A DNA stretch of 60,289 nt, filler included, from Sphacelaria rigidula (lineage: Eukaryota), in assembly GCA_964200075.2 (NCBI GenBank). It is 6 parts of 6 records of this genome, joined end to end, with 100 filler letters (N's around TTAATTAATTAA, not from the genome) between each part and the next. Parts side by side here need not be neighbours in the genome. Positions count along the whole stretch, not along the records: positions 20,133 to 30,097 come from CAXNAA020007399.1; positions 30,198 to 40,162 come from CAXNAA020007400.1; 4 more parts are not named here. One strand, written 5' to 3'. The notes under the pieces were generated by a model. It was not told the origin of the DNA, searched no databases, and saw only the letters and a program-made list of their open reading frames with translations. The number at the start of each line of letters is the position of its first letter. The first letter of the stretch is position 1. Of this stretch, positions 22,067-34,300 are shown piece after piece. Both the position numbers and the translations under genes were made by a program.

Positions 22067-25000
22067 CATTGGCTCGCTCCGCTGGACCCGCCGCCGCCGC
22101 CGTCGAAGACGTCGTCACAAGACCCGCCCGCGGATGATGTTCTGCGCGAGAGCAACGGTGCGGCTGCCAAGCGGGGACGAAAGTGGCCTACATCCATTCT
22201 GGTGAGGGACCAAGAGAACTGCTGCCAGAAGCTGCGTTGCATACAACAGTTCACAGACGAAACTTCGTACTTGGGGCGTGCATTGATAGCTGAGCAAGCC
22301 CTCATCAGCAAGTGTGTGAAGCGTGAAGATCCCAAGATCTTTGTTGCGGACCGTGTGCCCTTCGTGAACCTGGAACAAGATAAAGGGTCCATGCTCGCCG
22401 GCGGAATGCCAGCCTGCACTAATTTCTTCAAGGCATCGTTCGGTGTTTCAAACAATGTCATCGACGTGGCAAAGGGAACGCGGGGAGCAACGGCAAGTGC
22501 CAGAACGTGGTGAGTCAGAACGATCGGTCATCGCTGTTTGTGTCTACCGCCGGTCGTCTGCTTTCTAGGCGGGGCAACACTTGATCACGTGCCACGACGC
22601 AGAGCCGCAGGTTGTAACTGCGTTGTTTCCGAGGTCAAAATTCGGGTTTCAACGATGGTTCTCATGAAATAGAGAGTAGATAATGCTGTTGGTAGGGAAA
22701 AGCGGCCATGTCGTGAACGAATCTTTTCAGTTCCGAAATCCCCCTCCACGACGCCCGATATTATTTTGGAGAAGCTTGCCATTGAGACCCTTGATATCCC
22801 TGAGTAGGATATCGACGTGTGGCTGTAAGCACACAGCAGTGCCATAGGCATAGAGAACGTGCCTACGGTACGGCGCCTCCAGCGGGGCTCTCCGGGGGCG
22901 TCTTCGGAGGGGTCCCCTCTGCGGGGGGGGAGTGGGGGGGTGGCCCCCTCTGCCGGCGGGGGCTTTTTGGATCGTGGCTGGACCGCTCGCTGACCAAACA
23001 ATTGTGTATCATCGAACTGGGTAATGAATGCGCTATGCGTAACGATTCAAGTGGTTAGTGGTTAGACAAACTACTTTCGAGCTCTACCATATCCACTCTC
23101 AATCAACGCTCTACTCCCAATCTCGCGAAAACGTTGTTGTTTGTGGAGCTCAGATTTGTCTGAAACTGTTGCGAAGCGAGTAACCCAAATCTGAGATCCC
23201 CGCATCTTCGTCATGTTCGGGGCGATAAATCAAATTTTCTCTGTTGAGCTCTTGCGATGTTTGACGCGTTCGAGGTGTTCAGCTGCCACGAAAAAGGCGC
23301 CTTATTTTCCCAGACACCAGTGTCCGGTTCATTTGTTTCGCTCCGTCCAGACTTTTGAAAGTAGTTGTCATAGGGTAAGAGTGGACAGGAAGGATTTTCC
23401 GTTTCACAACAAACCAACCCCTTGTACTCGTTTGTGCGTCCGTTGGGGTTTGTGCTCCGTTGTTTCGTGGAATCACGTGTCGGCATTTTTCATTTTATGC
23501 TCAACTTTGGAAACGATGCGCCACTTGATGCATCTCATTGTCGCGGATTATGCGCGCATGATGCACGTTTTTGTTGGCGCCCTCGCTGTGGCTATTTTCC
23601 CTCACTACGCACGTTCTGGGAGGAGGACAAGACGACGCGTTGGGTGTTCGCAGCTTTGGTATTCGCATGTGGGTTCGCAAGGACTCGCTCATGTAGTCGT
23701 GTCTTACTGCGAGTCAGGATGATAACACGGACAATTGAAATATTCGTATCCACACCGAATCTTCGAGTTATAGATCCACTCCTTCAATTACTGGTAGCTG
23801 TTGATAGCTACTACAAGACGTACAAATATGGATCCTGATGACCGACGCGTTGGGTCCTACGTGAAGAAAACTTATTGAATTTGTACGACCCGATTAGATC
23901 GCCGAAAATCCCCTAAATTGGTTTTGTACGTGGGACCCAAACATTCCGATTACCCATGTTTTTTAATCGGGACGCATCGTTACAGGATGCCGTCGGCGCG
24001 ATACAGGGATAACAGTATCGCAAAGGGGATGAGATATAATCGGATACCCATGGTTGATGTAGAGGAATACCATCCCGCACCTGCGCCTCTCCGCCTCCTT
24101 GCGCTCTGTGTTATGTGCGTACACGTGCTGCAGGGACTGCCAACGTTATTTGATAAAGGGATGATCCCGTAGGGGACGCGCTCTGGACAGGGGAATCTGT
24201 ATACCTTCTTCTTGTATTAATCTCTTATAACCTTCACTCACCACACATCAACCGTGCATGCTCCACCCGAGCTGCTCTCTCCAACCCAAAACCCACTGAC
24301 CAAAATGCACCCTAAAACACAACTGAACTTGGTAAGGGGGGACTGCATGTCGAGTTTCCCCAATTGCTCCACATCCAGTCATAACATAATCCGTCAACGT
24401 ACCCAATCCGATACCCATGATGCTTCATCAATCAGCACCACATGTACCCGAATTGTTCCAAGTACACATGTACTATTGTTCAGTTCGACAATATTCAATT
24501 AAACGTAAACCCGACGGCAAGAAAGAGAGCATTTTGTCATGGTTGGACTACTTTAGTGACACGTACGGGAAGGCCAAGCCCCACAAGACTGCTGTGGTCA
24601 TCTACGCTGCAACGAAGGAGGTACTATTGGTGGTCAACGTTGCCATATTTATGTATCGCGTGCATACACTATGCCTCCAGCAGCAGGAGGTTGTGCGGTG
24701 TTACCTGTCCTACAAAACGCTGTTGTGAAGCCCACCGCGATCGTTAACGATTTTGACTGTGATGTTCGGCCTCGCTCATCCTCAACGACAATCCACCTTC
24801 GATGTGTGAAATCCGAGTTTTTTTTCACAAGAACTTCTCCCTCCGGTCACGCCGGTATCAGAAACCCTCCCTATTTGACAGAATCCCTGACGAGCACGGG
24901 ATTACACAGATTAGGGTTGATTTGTTTTTCTAGGATGAGCGACGCCACCTCATCACAGTCGGAGAGTGCATTTATATTTTTATTTCGAAAACATTTCGAT

Positions 25001-25499
25001 GCATATGAAGGTTTCGAAGGTCCACCGTCAATATATTTATGTATCCTCAGTTTTAAGGAAAGCGTGTGGAATATTGTCGTAACGAGGCGGGTGCCACTGT
25101 ATGTCACAAGACGACGGGGCCGCCTCGGCTTTTCAATCGAAGCATAGGAGCGGGATTCTCCTGTGCTATGCCCACAGGATATTTGCTGCTCGTTCATGAA
25201 TTCTGCCAATACAACACCCCGACAACAACACGTGCTGGCAGGAGCTCTACGACGACTTTTGCAAAGAGGTTCACCGAGTCCACCCTGACCGTCCAGAAGC
25301 GCGAGCGTCAAAAACGCACTTCAACAATATCCGGAGGAAGCACAGGCCGCGCATCAAGGTTGGGGTAGGTGGAGATTTTATGAAGTGCGATCTGCGCATC
25401 AAGCTGAAGGAGACCCTGCATGGAACTCCAGGCGTGAAGCCCCCAATCGATTCAACATTCCTGAAGAAAGCCGCCGACGACCTCGAACTGCATCGGAAG
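22067..25499 (+). pseudogene. spliced Sola2/DUF7869-like DNA transposase N-terminal half (exons ~22067-22509, ~24484-24620, 25242-25499), probably decayed
   Basis: Motifs occur in order: NCCQKLRCIQQF ... ACTNFFKASFGVS ... KKESILSWLDYFSDTYG..KP ... ELYDDFC ... SKTHFNNIRRKHRPRIKV ... FMKCDLRIKL ... LELHRK. This fits the CC..C..F / C..F...GVS / WL..F / Y..Y / F..W / C..C / H pattern I recall for Sola2-type transposases, but the expected W and second C read as R. The exon 1-2 phase does not resolve cleanly and the catalytic region is not seen. Confidence 0.55.
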
Positions 25500-27487
25500 G
25501 TGAACATCATACTAGGAGGTGCCGCAAACGTTATTATCACCCTTGTGTTTCGATCAGATATTACACCATGGGGGGAGCATGAACCGTCGCCCTGTCAAAA
25601 GTTACTGTAGATCTTGGTAAGTACCAGTTTGGTCCGTGGTCACTTGAAGTAAGTACATTACGTCAAGATTACTACGTCAGAAATGCTTCAAACACGGGAT
25701 TTGACAAACCAGGGGTGGATTTTTATTGGGGATGAGAACCCGGACAATAAAAATCTTCGCTTCCGCAACAAATGTTCGAAACATGGTTTTATTTCTTCAC
25801 TTGCTGGCAGCTATTGACAACTACTCCACGCCATACGAATTTGGATTTCGTTCTGATCCCAAATAAAACCTGTATCTTCACTTCACATCATGGGGAAGCT
25901 TATCTTCACTTCACGTCACTTTATGAGGTAGCCTATCGTCACTTCACTGCGGGGGCATCGTGGCGTTTTCACGCCGGAAAATTCGGGGCAACCAGTGCCG
26001 TTGCTCGGCAGCAGTAGACATGACGATTGTGTACGATATTATATGCAGGGCTCACGCCTTGACCATTTTGATTTGTCCACCCTTCCTCTACTGTAGCGTT
26101 GCGTTTGACTCTTCCCTTCACAGTGGCCCATCTTCTATTATTTTCTATTCTATTCTATTATGTCTTCATCTACTATTCACGTCTTCGTTTATCTTTGAGG
26201 TTTCGGAATTGCACACGAACATCGGAAGAACGCGCACTAATACTACACCCCCCGTCCGCCCCTGCCGCTTTTTTTGCTGTTCGATTTTGCTCGCTCCTGT
26301 CGCCCCGAACGTGCCTGCGCAATGCCGCGAGTCATACCCTGGTCGTTGGTATCGCATCATACCATGTCAATGATATGGGGCTTTTCCCCTTCTGTTCTCT
26401 TCGTTTTCTCTGATCCTGATTTTCTCTCCGCTTCCTCTGTCTTCTGTTTTTTTTTCACATCATGGGTCACCTCTTTCACTACTATACTGTTCTTATTTAT
26501 TACTTATTTTCTCCCCGCATTTAGCAGTCGTAGCCACGATGTATTCTTTACGTCATTTTCTCCTTTCACGGACTCATTGGATTTTTTTCTGCTTGTTCCC
26601 CTGTTTGCCGTAGGGTACCCTTTGATTTTCTGCCGTTTCTCTTCTCTCGCTTTCTACATTTTTTGGATATCTTATTTCCAGTGGTAATTTTACTCTACAG
26701 CCAGCTTCGCTATATTAATTGCTACTTCCGTGTTGCAAGCGTATAGCCCGCCCCATCCATAGTGTTCTTTTTTACGAATATTTTGCGAGCACCGTTGCCT
26801 GATGCACGAAAGTACACCCCAGATGCATCCGTCTTGAGAAACCTGCGATGGCAAACTTCAGGGACGACCACTAAGCGCAACGAAAGCCAACTCGGGGTAA
26901 CGGGTGAGATCGGGGATCGACAGCGACTCCACCAATCGCGGCCAATGGAGGTTTTGCTAGACATCAAAGAAGGTGGTGTAACTACATATCGATAAGGTTG
27001 TAGCGTAAGCTCAATAGGTGGGTGAACAGGAGGAACGGGAGCTAGGCATCCTGCTGGGCTCTCTGGACACTGGATTGTTCTCCACGGACCCGAAGCAGGT
27101 TCTGGTCACCATCAACAGTGAGCTACAAATACCCCTTGTTTGAGAGTACTGTACTCCATTCGCAGCAAATCAACGCCACTTTTTTTGCCGAGTAGCGTCA
27201 CGTAGCTCCCCAAGTGATAGACCCAAGACCACCCAAACAGCACCGATCAAGGTTCCGTAACAGGTGGTGTGAGTACTGGTCATTCCGCACAGTTAGCGAA
27301 GGAACGAAGGTAGGCTAAGTGCTCTCCGCAGGGGGGGACACGCCTACTTCATTCATCCGACAGACCTCCAACTGGACACAGTGGCGAATGATCGTGCTCG
27401 TAGTCTAGACCCTTACCAACGCATCCAATCTGATCGCCAGCAAGGAGAGCCTTTGAGAAAACAGGTGCAATCGGACCTGAGGGGGGC

Positions 27488-28655
27488 GTACTCACTTGTT
27501 GCTTGCCTCAGTCGTTTGACCATTGACCACGCATGCCTTTCGAGACGGATCACCGCTCCTACTCCTGATAGAGACACCTTCAACATTCCGGTACGCATTA
27601 CGCTTCTTTCATAGCTCATTACGTTTCTTCCATACTTTGCGCAAAAACCTTCCACATATCCAATACATCAGACGATTCCATGTCACCTTCGTTCACGTCC
27701 CGTATTTCCCCCTCTAGCACGTCCCGCTCCTCCTTGTATCGTTCACATTGTACCACTTAATGAGTTTTGCTCTCTATTGCTTTGCCACAGAGGTAGTTCT
27801 GTCTATAAACTTCCTCCTCTTTCCGATTACTGGTGTAATACTCCTTTCTTCTTTTTTTCTATTACTCCTTTTTCTCAGAGCGTGTTCCAGTTTCGTTTTT
27901 CTTGGGTACGTCTATCATGAGATCACGGCTGGACCCCTAGGGGGTCATTTAAAGTGCGACAATCAATCAATCGATCTTGCCGGCAGGTCCAGGTCCCCCA
28001 CCCGAAATCGCAGTTTCAATCTTTTCGCCGCGGGGCCATGCAGAAATGTTTTCATTTCGATCCCCTCTCTCAACCCCCCGTATATCTCCAGGTAGGTGTT
28101 GTTCCTCGTCTATTTGACATCTGAGCGCTCTTCTTGTGTTTCCCTTTTCTTTTTATCATGTATCGTACTCTTGTCTTGTACCCCGCGCCCTCACCTGTGG
28201 ACAAAATGTTGTCTTGGTTTCCTCTTATCTCGTTCCATACTTTCTCAACTTCTTTATCCCATCTTATAGCATGTCCTTACGTACTTTTTTGCCATACAGC
28301 CCCACCAACTATACTGTAGCTGGCAGTCTCTTTCTCGGCATGTTCTTCAAGCTATATCGCCATCTCAATTTCCTCATGCCTTCTGTTTGTTTCAAGTGAG
28401 TACATTCCCAACTCTGCTCTCAAAACTGTATTACTCATCGTTTTCGAGCATCCAAGTATCTTCTTAGCTGCTGCTATATGTAATGTTTCTAATTTCACCA
28501 ATTTCACGTTCCACTGCGACTTGAACTCTGCTGGATTTTTCTCATCTTCGTTACAGACGAGTACCGCGCACTTGTCGACAGTCGCTGTCACGCTCCATTT
28601 CCCTCGTGTGTTCTAGCGCCTCGTTTACCTGTTGTTGCAATCATTCTGCTGTTCC
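27488..28655 (-). mobile_element. degenerate LINE (RT C-terminus to 3' end) with nested (CAAT)n-tailed element
   Basis: The minus strand encodes ...LETLHIAAAKKILGCSKTMSNTVLRAELGMYSLETNR..., a post-RT region typical of LINEs. It is homologous to 40582-41672 and interrupted at about 27845-27972. Confidence 0.8.
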
Positions 28656-28779
28656 TGAAGTTCTCAAAAAATAATCGAACCTGAGGGGGAAATGACTGCC
28701 GAAACGGTAGGTGAGAGGCGATCCGAGTACAAAATAGGATCGATTACGGCGAGTCGATGATGAGCAGCTGCTGGCAGTT

Positions 28780-29025
28780 CCAGAAATATTGATCGCCGAC
28801 CTGTTAGCGCTTGTTCACATACTACATGAAAAATTAGCAGTAGGCGCCACCCTATCCACGATGCGTGACCACTTCCTTTTGTCAACGAGAACGAAAGATA
28901 TCAGGCAAGATGTGCTGCCATGGAGCTGCAGGAGGGTCAAGAGATCAAGCAGTCGTCAAGCGACCATGAGGTAGGAGCGTGCGGTAGACCCATGGGACGA
29001 GGTGATCAACTTGGCAACGATTGAG
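28780..29025 (+). mobile_element. Ty3/Gypsy integrase zinc-binding-domain relic
   Basis: DLLALVHILHEKLAVGATLSTMRDHFLLSTRTKDIRQDVLPWSCRRVKRSSSRQATM*..AVDPWDEV resembles a decayed H...H.G...T...R..F.W....KD.R.YV..C.C...K ... PW pattern of Gypsy integrases. Confidence 0.55.
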
Positions 29026-30097
29026 GTAACGTTGAATTCACATATATGCATCTGCCGGGGACTGCTGCCGAGATAGCCCCCTCCCAAAACCGGCCAAAAA
29101 CGTGCACGGAGGCGATGATCATAACTGCCGTTAAAGCTGGTTTCGTGCTGCACGACGCTACTGATTTGGGCGTTATAGCCGATTTCGAACTGCTAAACGC
29201 CTCTCATGTTGTAGGCGAAATTTCTGCAAACGAGCCCAATAGTGGGATCGCAGCCGGTTCGTTGGATGGTGCCGGTGCACTTTTTGTGGGGGGGCTATCT
29301 CAGCATTAGTCCGGGCAGTTGACCTCGCTTCCCGATCCCCACTTGGTTTTTCACAACCATCAAAACAAGCCAACTGAGTGGCCCGCGCCCCAGCGGATGG
29401 TGCCTAACGTCCGTTGTCCATCGAAAGATTCGCTGAACAGAGGCAAAGCGTTAAGAGTGGAGGGAGTCACCCATTTCCGCAGGTGACTGAAAGAGGATAT
29501 CACTTCCCGAAGCGTCAGATTTCCCGCGCGGTCTGGAGGTAGTGATGCAAGGACACAAAATACGTACGTGTAACATAGTCCGCCGGATGTTGAATCGCAT
29601 CTCGTTACCCGCCTCACCTGAGATTTTAATCGCTGACGAGTTTGTCTAGTTTGCCTGAACACCAAACTTCAAGGCGACGCCAACCTTGAAAACCCCACCT
29701 CACTCTGAAAGACCGTCGCGAGTCAAAATCCGGAAAAAAAATCAGGTTACACATAGCGAGGAAAGACGCAGGATGAAGCAACGTCGGAGTGGCTACCAGG
29801 AAGCGGAGTTCTGGAAAGCCTCACGCTTCCACGAGCGAACGGGTTCCACGCCCTTTGGCATCTGCACCGCCCAGCCAAGGAATCAAGTATGCCATCCCGC
29901 CCGAGCACGCCATGTCCCTCTGTCGTGCAGTGATGCTCTGAACTTGTTCACCATAGGTTCCGCATTCTGAGAGGATTTTGACGGAGCTGAGCAGAAAGCA
30001 CGAGTGTTTGACGGCGGCAGACGCTTCTGGAAACAGCCGATCATCTATGTTGAGGATGGTGCTTGTCATTGAGGATGAGAACCCGGAGGATTAAAAT

Positions 30098-30197
30098 NNN
30101 NNNNNNNNNNNNNNNNNNNNNNNNNNNNNNNNNNNNNNNNNTTAATTAATTAANNNNNNNNNNNNNNNNNNNNNNNNNNNNNNNNNNNNNNNNNNNN
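30098..30197. other. artificial contig-join linker
   Basis: N44-TTAATTAATTAA-N44. Confidence 0.97.
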
Positions 30198-31339
30198 CTG
30201 TTCTTTGCATCATCACCCTGCCTCCTTCCCCTACTACTCTCGTACTGTACCTACTCCTTGTCCTGACAAGATGAATGGGGGGGGGGGGGGGAGGATATGT
30301 TATATGAATGTGGATAAAGATTAGTAGTAGCCCAAACAGGAAGATTCGGACAAAGCCCAAACAAACAATTGCGGTACAGTATCTATATGTATACAAATAT
30401 CTACAGTATGTATATACACCCACCGGTGTAGCGCAAGGATCCAACCGAAAATAACAGGTCCTCCGACTGCAAAACGCAAGCTCTAGCCGTGGCGCGTACA
30501 ATCATAATTCTACGATGAGTCAAAACCTTCACTCGAACCACGACTCGTTAGGGGTCACACGCCGTGAGGAGGGCTGGTTAAAGTGTGCGAATAGTTGCAG
30601 AGAGTACCTACTATACCATCTGCATTAAAGTAGTTTGGCGCTGCAGTAACGAACGTCCCCCCCTCCCGCCCAAGTAATCATGTTATTTCAAGCGTGTCAG
30701 TATCCAGGGATCTTCACATTCTGGATAATGACAGTATGTTACATTGTCAAAAAAAATGTACCGCGTACCACAGTATGGAATCTCTTGTCTACTGCAATAG
30801 TCGCAATGGCCGATACTGTACGCAGTACACTTATTGAGAATCTAATCTACTGTCCAGTGCGTGGGGATTTTCTCTCTTCCGACCGTACGCCTCGACAAAA
30901 GGGCTCATGCGATGGTGAAATAAAAAAATGTTGACCGGACAAAAATCAATTTCGGGCAACGATCTGCCGCCTCCCAACCCCCTCTCCCCCCACAATGAAT
31001 GAGAAGGAGGTGTATTTATTTGGAGTAGGAACGATGTTCCGTCTCGCAACGGGTGCGCGGTTATCGGTTGAATAACTAAGGCAGACAACAAATGAGTACT
31101 CCCCCCCCCCAATCCCCCAACCCCCATCGAGCTTCCTTTAGTGAGCGTTTTTCCGTTCAGTTACAGCGAGAACGTCCATCTCGTCACCGCGGTTGCATTC
31201 CTAATCGACCCACCAACAATATGCGACCATCAATATCTCCATCACTTCACCCAGCAATACATCAGAATCATCTGGAATTTTCCGCGCATTCCGAGAAAAG
31301 GTTCACATATAAACTCGTATCCCGGCTTGTACCACTAAC

Positions 31340-34300
31340 CTTTTCTGCGCGTTCTACTTGATCCTCGAGCTCCTCGACCCGAACTTGCCGCGCTTCCGCC
31401 GCCGCCTTGGCCTCCGCTGTCTCTTCCTTAGCCTCCACCAGCTGCCGAGCAGCCTCGGCCTTCTCTTTCTCGGCCTCCGCCAGCCGCCGGGCCGCCTCCG
31501 CCGCCTCGCCGGCCAGCGTCGAGGCCTGACGGTACATAACACACACATGCGTGCATGTACACAACCAGTGGGTGAGCTAGTCAGTCTAGAGGTAGCGCCA
31601 CCACTCAAAAACTTCTTCTTCGGCGCGAGGCTCGAGTTCCTATTTCCTTTGCGGACTACCAACAGTCACTGATTGATCTCTGATTGATTATCGCACTTAA
31701 CCCTTAGACAGCGAGGGTAGGTCACCTGCCGAATCCGCATCAATATTTACTTGAAAATAGTATACATGATCCAGATGGACTATCCGCACCGCAGTCTTAG
31801 CGAGTGCAGATTTTTGTTTCTTAGAATCGGCATCATTTTCAGTCGTTTTCAAGTCAAAATGATGCCGATTCACGAAGATTCACAAAACAAGAATCAGCAC
31901 TTTAGTTCCCAAATGGTAAATTGATGCCTATGGGATACAGTCGCAGTCATCATCCAGATGATACACGTACCCGAGACGGAGCAAAACTAAAACACTCGCT
32001 GACGAAAAGTGAAGGAAAACAAAAAGGTACAACAGACAACGCAGACTCAGAAGAACAAACAAACAAGCAAACACAAAAAAGACACTAAATAGGTTTTAGT
32101 GTGGGGTCCTCAATCAGGCATCGTCGTTTGTGCTCATGTTATTATATCTAAAAACTTCTTGAGTGATGGCAGTACCTTCCTTCACAATTCTTTCTGTTTT
32201 GAATCGTCTTCATATTTTTCGGTCATCCTGTTTTTCATTACAGTTTTGACCGTTATCTTATGGATGACCCTCCCCAAAAATTGCAACATCAGGAAAAATA
32301 ATGACCAGAAGAGGCGCCCTTCTTGGCCCTTCCGCCCCGATTTCCGCACAATAATAGATGGAGCTAGACGGACTCTGACAATTCGGAATAATTCTTCCAC
32401 ACTGTTTTGATACTAAGAAAACTTTAGTAGCTTCTTCGAGTACCTTCGCGTTTTCCCTTGGGAACCGTTGCTCTTTTTGACCGCACGAGGATTTTCGCGG
32501 ACAAAATGGTAAAACCTTGAGCACATACGGGCGTGAATTTTGGTCAGTAGAGTTTAGTTGATCCCAGTTCGTATCCCCCGAATCCACGCTTGAATCGCAC
32601 TTGATTTTAGTGTGACATCGAGATTCGGATTTGTAGTGGGATTGACAGTCCCGAGTGCCTCTACTAAAAAATAAAGTACGCAGAACGCCTTTTTTGTCCA
32701 CATTGGCGAATGTGGCGCCGATTTGAAGTTTGCCAGCGCACACATCGCCTAGGGCACCGTTTACATCCCGCTTGTCCGAGGGTTCTTGGTATGTCTAGGT
32801 CAGGGTAAGAGTTATAATAGCGTGCATCATCAGTCAGTCAAGAGAATGAAACGAATTCAACCAAAAACAATCAACCTGTCCATCATGTATACTCCCAAGA
32901 GATCAGGCTGCAACGCTGCACAAGAAACGCGATTTTAGTCAGCCTGTGATGGCTTCGCGCACATTTTTTTGTGTAGACCCGTGTATATTATTACATACGA
33001 CTAGTCTTGCCGCACGAACCCGCCGTGAACCATTGCTAGAACACACTTACACGCACTTCAATATATTAAACCAATACAAAATTACGTGTGAAACAATTAA
33101 CGCCCAACTCGTGCAGTATTAGAGAGTTGACTTCCGAGTATCATCACATTACCCGTGTACTAACGGACATGCCTAATAATGTGCATAGTAAATATAGTCA
33201 GTATCACCTCCTCTTCAGCCACGCCACGCTCAGCTTCTGCTGCCTTGCCCGCCGCTTCAAGTGCTGCGCGAGAGGCAGCTTCCGCCGCGTCGGTCTTTGT
33301 CGCCGCCGCTTCGGCCGCCCGTTTCGCTCCCTCAGCGCGCACCTCCGCTGCTTCCAGGTCAGAGTGAGCTGCTGCTAGTTCGTCCTTCGCTGCTTGTACC
33401 TGCGCGTGGAATTGCCATGAGATGTAGGGGGGGAGGAGCGGGGGAGACGATGAGGTGCAGTAGTGGGACAATATGAGGTACAATTGGAACATATCTGAAG
33501 GTACGGTGAGACAGAGGGGATACGATGAGGTACAGTAGGGCAATATTAGGTACACGAAGGGCAGAGCTGGGGGTGTATTGGGGAGGCAGTGGGACACGAT
33601 GAGGTACGAGCACGACAATGAAGTGGAAGGGAGGAAAATGAGAGGTACGGGAAGACGATGAAGGCACATTGCGAGTAAATACGGTACCACAAGACAATCA
33701 TGAGGTAAAGTACGACAAGGCTGAAGGTTCGGCGGGGCAAAAAAGGTACAACGAACACCAATACCAGTGGAAGGGGGTGAGGGACCTGTCAAATGGGACT
33801 AGACGAGGTACAATGAAATCATCACACGTGGCTAACGACACCAAACATACCTGCCCCTCCAGAACAACACGGGCTTCGCGCTCAGTATCTAGGATCGCCG
33901 CGGCCTTCGCCGCCGCCGTCGCCCCGTCCTCCTTCACCTCCTCCATACTTTTCTCCAACTGCGCTACCCTTACCCGCTCTCGACCCAACTCTTCCCTTGC
34001 ATCGGCGAGCGCCGTGGCGGAGGCCCGGAGCTCTGCCTCGTGGGCAGACGCTTGCGCCTGGGCGCGTTCCAACTCGATGTTCGCGGTTTGTTGTTCGGTT
34101 CTGACGGAGTCGAGCTCTCCGGAGATTTCAGAGATTAGGCTCTTCAATGAGGATATCTGTTTTGGGTGGAGGAGTACGAGACCGGACGGGACCCCCGGGG
34201 AGGGGGGGGGGATTTGCGTTTACGAGAGATTTCGGCAGAAGAATGCAGAAAAGGAGAAAATTGCAGGAAGCGGGACAACAACAAAAAAGCGCGTGTGTGT

